A stretch of DNA of 46,420 nt, the filler included, from Streblomastix strix (lineage: Eukaryota): assembly GCA_008636045.1 (NCBI GenBank). It is 2 parts of 2 records of this genome, joined end to end, with 100 filler letters (N's around TTAATTAATTAA, not from the genome) between each part and the next. Parts side by side here need not be neighbours in the genome. Positions count along the whole stretch, not along the records: positions 23,278 to 46,420 come from SNRW01000298.1; 1 more part is not named here. One strand, given 5' to 3'. Position numbers and translations under genes: made by a program. Below, piece by piece: positions 42,643 through 46,420 of this stretch. The notes beneath the pieces were generated by a model, which saw only the letters and a list, made by a program, of their open reading frames with translations, was not told the DNA's origin and did not search any database. How positions within the stretch are numbered: the stretch's first letter is position 1; the number at the start of each line of letters is the position of its first letter.

Positions 42643-45600
42643 TCACAAATTTGTATTGAAATTATCAAATTTTTATGGTGATGTAATTGACCCTGTTTAA
42701 TGATCATAAAAATAATAAATGAATAAATATAATAATCAATAAAATTAAACTTTGCATATTATTCATTAATGTTATTTTCATACCAACCACATCTGCAGCT
42801 TCATTTGGTGGAAGAATAATAATCCCATTTTATTATTTTTCTTCATCGCTTAAATATTCTGATATGTTGAGAAGCATTTCTCTGGATTCTCGACTAAAGA
42901 GAACATTATCTACACTTATGCATGTGTATCTTTGGATGATAAGTAATGATGAGATAAATGAATAATAAAATAATAAGATGTTTTCTTTTATTTTCCAATC
43001 ATTTCTATCTATTTATATAATTTTGTGCATACTTTACATTATTTTGACCTTAATAATTATCTAAAGCTGCCTTTATTTTCCACAATCTGGGCTTCAATAG
43101 GCAATCATTTTTAATCTTATAAAACTCTGAAGGCTTTTCTTTCTCTAAACGAGACAGATCAGCTGAATAAACATATAAAATATCATAAAAGAAATAATTT
43201 TAAAAATAAAGAATGAAATGTATTGATTTGTTTTTAATTGCTAAGAAATATACCTGCTTTCATTTTAAAGAAATCTTCAGCTCTTTGAGCAAAGAGATAA
43301 ACCCACGCAGAACCTGAATATAGTGAATGTAAATGAAGAAACATACATAAAATAAAAAAAATATTATAAAAAATATAACCTAATTTATTCATTACCTGTA
43401 TGATCACAAAGAAGAACATTGACAATGTAGCGAACTGTTGGAACAACCTAAGAAAACGAAGTATCGTATTGATCATTATAAATAAATTAATGAAAACTTT
43501 GAAATAATCGTATTTATATAATTAATTCTATTTTCAATATTATACATATAAATATACCTCACCACACATCTGACATTTGGTTCCATCAACTTTCTTCCCA
43601 CATTTCTCATTTGGACAAGCATTGTAGAACATATTCTCTCTTTGGAAGGTAACAGGGTTTGCAATAATTGAGAAGAAGTCTGGTTCTGAATGTAGAAATA
43701 TAAGAATAAAAATATTAATTAAATGATAAGAAATAAATGAAAATTAACAAAATCAAATATAAATAATTCTTAATACTATCATACATTTCTCAATTGTTCC
43801 TATTCCTTGTTGTTTTACCTTGATATGAAACATATTAATGAATTAAAAGAAAATTAATTTTTTAATCTTTATTAATTTTTATGTTATATAATGCAAACTA
43901 TTGAGAAAGTATAGCGAGGAAGTTTGCTTTTGACATTCACTGATAATAAACAAGATAAATAAAAACAATAAAAGATTAAATTAATTAAATTTTGTTTCTA
44001 TTTAATAATTTATTAACTATATTAATGCTTATACCTACAGAAGTACTTGCTGAGCTTCTGACACCTTCAAATGTGTTGTACTAATCAAAATATTATAAAA
44101 TATTAGGAAAACATATCAATAAAATTAATTCAGATTATATTCATTTAAATTTTCATTATATTTTCATACGATATTCTTTCCAGTTCTCTCCCACCAAATC
44201 CTCAATTATTTGCATCTTTCATTTTATTAGTCATTAATTTCATAATACGAATAATTGGCTGAAAAAAAGGAATTGAAAAAATGTGGAGAATATATTGAAA
44301 AATAAATTTCTATTTAAAATATTAATTATATTCAAACATGATAAGTTCTTCCCATTGAACTCCCCAACTTTCACTGTTTTAACTGATAACAAATCTCCAA
44401 ATTTGACAATAACTATGGAATCTGACTATATTAATTTATGTTTTTATTTTAACATTTAATTAATTAATAATAATATAATAAAATTTTAAATAATATATTG
44501 TGAATTTTCCATTGTTTAAAATATTTAGCAAACATTATTTGGCTGTGGATTGTTAATCTCTGTTGCTTGATTTCCCCAGAAAATAACCTGAATATGAAAG
44601 AAAACAAAAAATTATTTATCTCAATTTCTATTTATTAATTAATTTTCATTATTCAATAAACACACTTCTATTTTCTTCAAGCTATTATCAACAATAGTAA
44701 TTCCTCTTTTATATGTTGATAAACTTTTTGATTTAATTGTAATAGGTTATAAATCACCAACTTCAATAACTACCCCTAGATTAATAATAATTTAAAGTTG
44801 GAATAGAAAATATGTTAAATTAATATTTTTTATTTGTATTCAAGTAATTATTTCATTATTCATACCAACACAATCGATCAATGAATCTGCGTTTATTTAT
44901 TCAATGCTCGCAATATTCTCAACAAACTCCCATTTCATTTTAGGAATATTTTATAAAGATGAAGATTGATCTGTGGAAGTTGAACTAGAAATTAATAATA
45001 AATTAAATAATATTATTTTTATTTTATTTTTCTATCTCTAATTATTATATCATTATTATTTATACCTATCTTCATTGATAGGAACAATAACAGAATCTAT
45101 TTCAAGAGTTATCTCATTATCAAACCTGCAGAACTTCTTGTTTGTTGGATGTTTTATTTATCCTTTTTGATATTAATAATGATATAAAATGAAGAAAGTA
45201 TAGAAAAACGAATAAATAAATTAAGAAATATAAAATCAATTATCATATATAATATACCTTTGTGAATGTAATAAATTCCTCCTTTTCTCAAAATTGGTTC
45301 AAATTTATCTACAACCTAATATAATGAAATAAGAATAAAACAAATAAAATAAAATTATCTCTCATTTCTACATATTCTCATTAATATCCATAATAATTTC
45401 ATATTCATTTTCCAATCATACCAAATTAAAACATATGATCTTTGTTTCTCCGCCTTCTTCATCAATTAGATCACAAGAAAGAAGTTTTCCTTATCCTAAA
45501 TTAAACCTCTGTGTATATTGTTTGATTTCTGATTTCACTGTTACACGAGCCTGGTTTTTAATAAGGATTTAAATTAGATAAATAAATGAGAATATAAAAA

Positions 45601-46420
45601 TAAACACTTAATTTAATGAATAAAATTAATTTTATATTTATTTGATTTTTAATTATTCTTAAATTTTATTTCATACTTTTATACACCACTATTTGTGACT
45701 GTAAGGAGTTAATGCTGATATGTTTTGATAAATAACGTCCCCATTCGGTGAAAGTGGCAGTTTATTATATTCTGAAAGGAAATCTGAGGAAACTGATTTA
45801 AAATAAACAATATAAAATAATATACAAAATTCAATTTTTACTTAAAAATATTAAATATATATTTAAACCATTATTCGGTTGAATATTTTAGTAGATTTTC
45901 TTATCCATATCAATTCCATATTTTTATTATTGTTGATATGATTACTGATTTTAATTTCCAATTAAATCCCTTGCTGGTGAAAATTTTGGAGGAGACAGTA
46001 TAGAGTTCTAATGTTAAAATAATTAATATAAAAACAATTAATAATAAAGTTATAATGACAAATAAAAATGAAATTTATCAAATAAATGTAGTAAAACTGT
46101 TGTTGGTACATCTCCAGATTCTATAATGTATTTCTTTGGTGAACCAATTTGTGTATTATAATCTATAATAACAGTTTCAAAGTCTTTCACTATTAAAGTT
46201 CTATTTAATTGAAGAGACAATTAATAAACAATAAAGAATAAAAAAAATTTGAATGCATACACTTTTTCTTCATGTATTCCAATTTCATATCGGGTCAGTT
46301 TGATGATTGTGAATTTCTTCATGTTTGACGTGTTTATTTGGCCAGTTCGTTCTTTTGCAATGATTGAAGGGATGCCCCAAGTCCCATCTGAAAGATAAAT
46401 TCTGAAAAGTTATGTATTTT
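42643..46420 (-). CDS. RPA1: Replication protein A 70 kDa subunit (multi-exon; N-terminus beyond the window end)
   Basis: IYLSDG (OB-F), ISALTPYSHKQWCIK|ARVTVKSEIK..GKLLSCDLIDEEGGE (OB-A), Zn ribbon FYNACPNEKCGKKV..KCQMC, RYIVNVLLCDHTG|SAWVYLF (OB-C). Best-supported stop TGA 42645-42643; the last exon is uncertain. Confidence 0.92.

Overview
Very AT-rich eukaryotic nuclear DNA with short GT-AG introns. TAA/TAG encode Gln (code 6) and TGA ends genes, so the supplied standard-code ORF track is mostly spurious. The style suggests an oxymonad such as Streblomastix (inference; a ciliate is not excluded). Genes found by manual translation: MCM3 (partial, -), TRAP-beta (-), TFIIF large subunit RAP74 (-), kinesin-3 with FHA and CaaX (+), a ~3,000-aa divergent P2-type ATPase (-), a ~5,700-codon UBR1/2/3-type E3 ligase (+) and RPA1 (partial, -). 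A decayed retroviral-type integrase is interrupted by a 265-bp element with 26-bp terminal inverted repeats, next to an artificial N-TTAATTAATTAA-N linker. The most striking observation is four in-frame TGA codons in the otherwise frameshift-free 17-kb UBR reading frame. One sits at a RING position that is normally Arg/Lys. This suggests recoding or RNA editing of the only remaining stop codon, or C>T damage.
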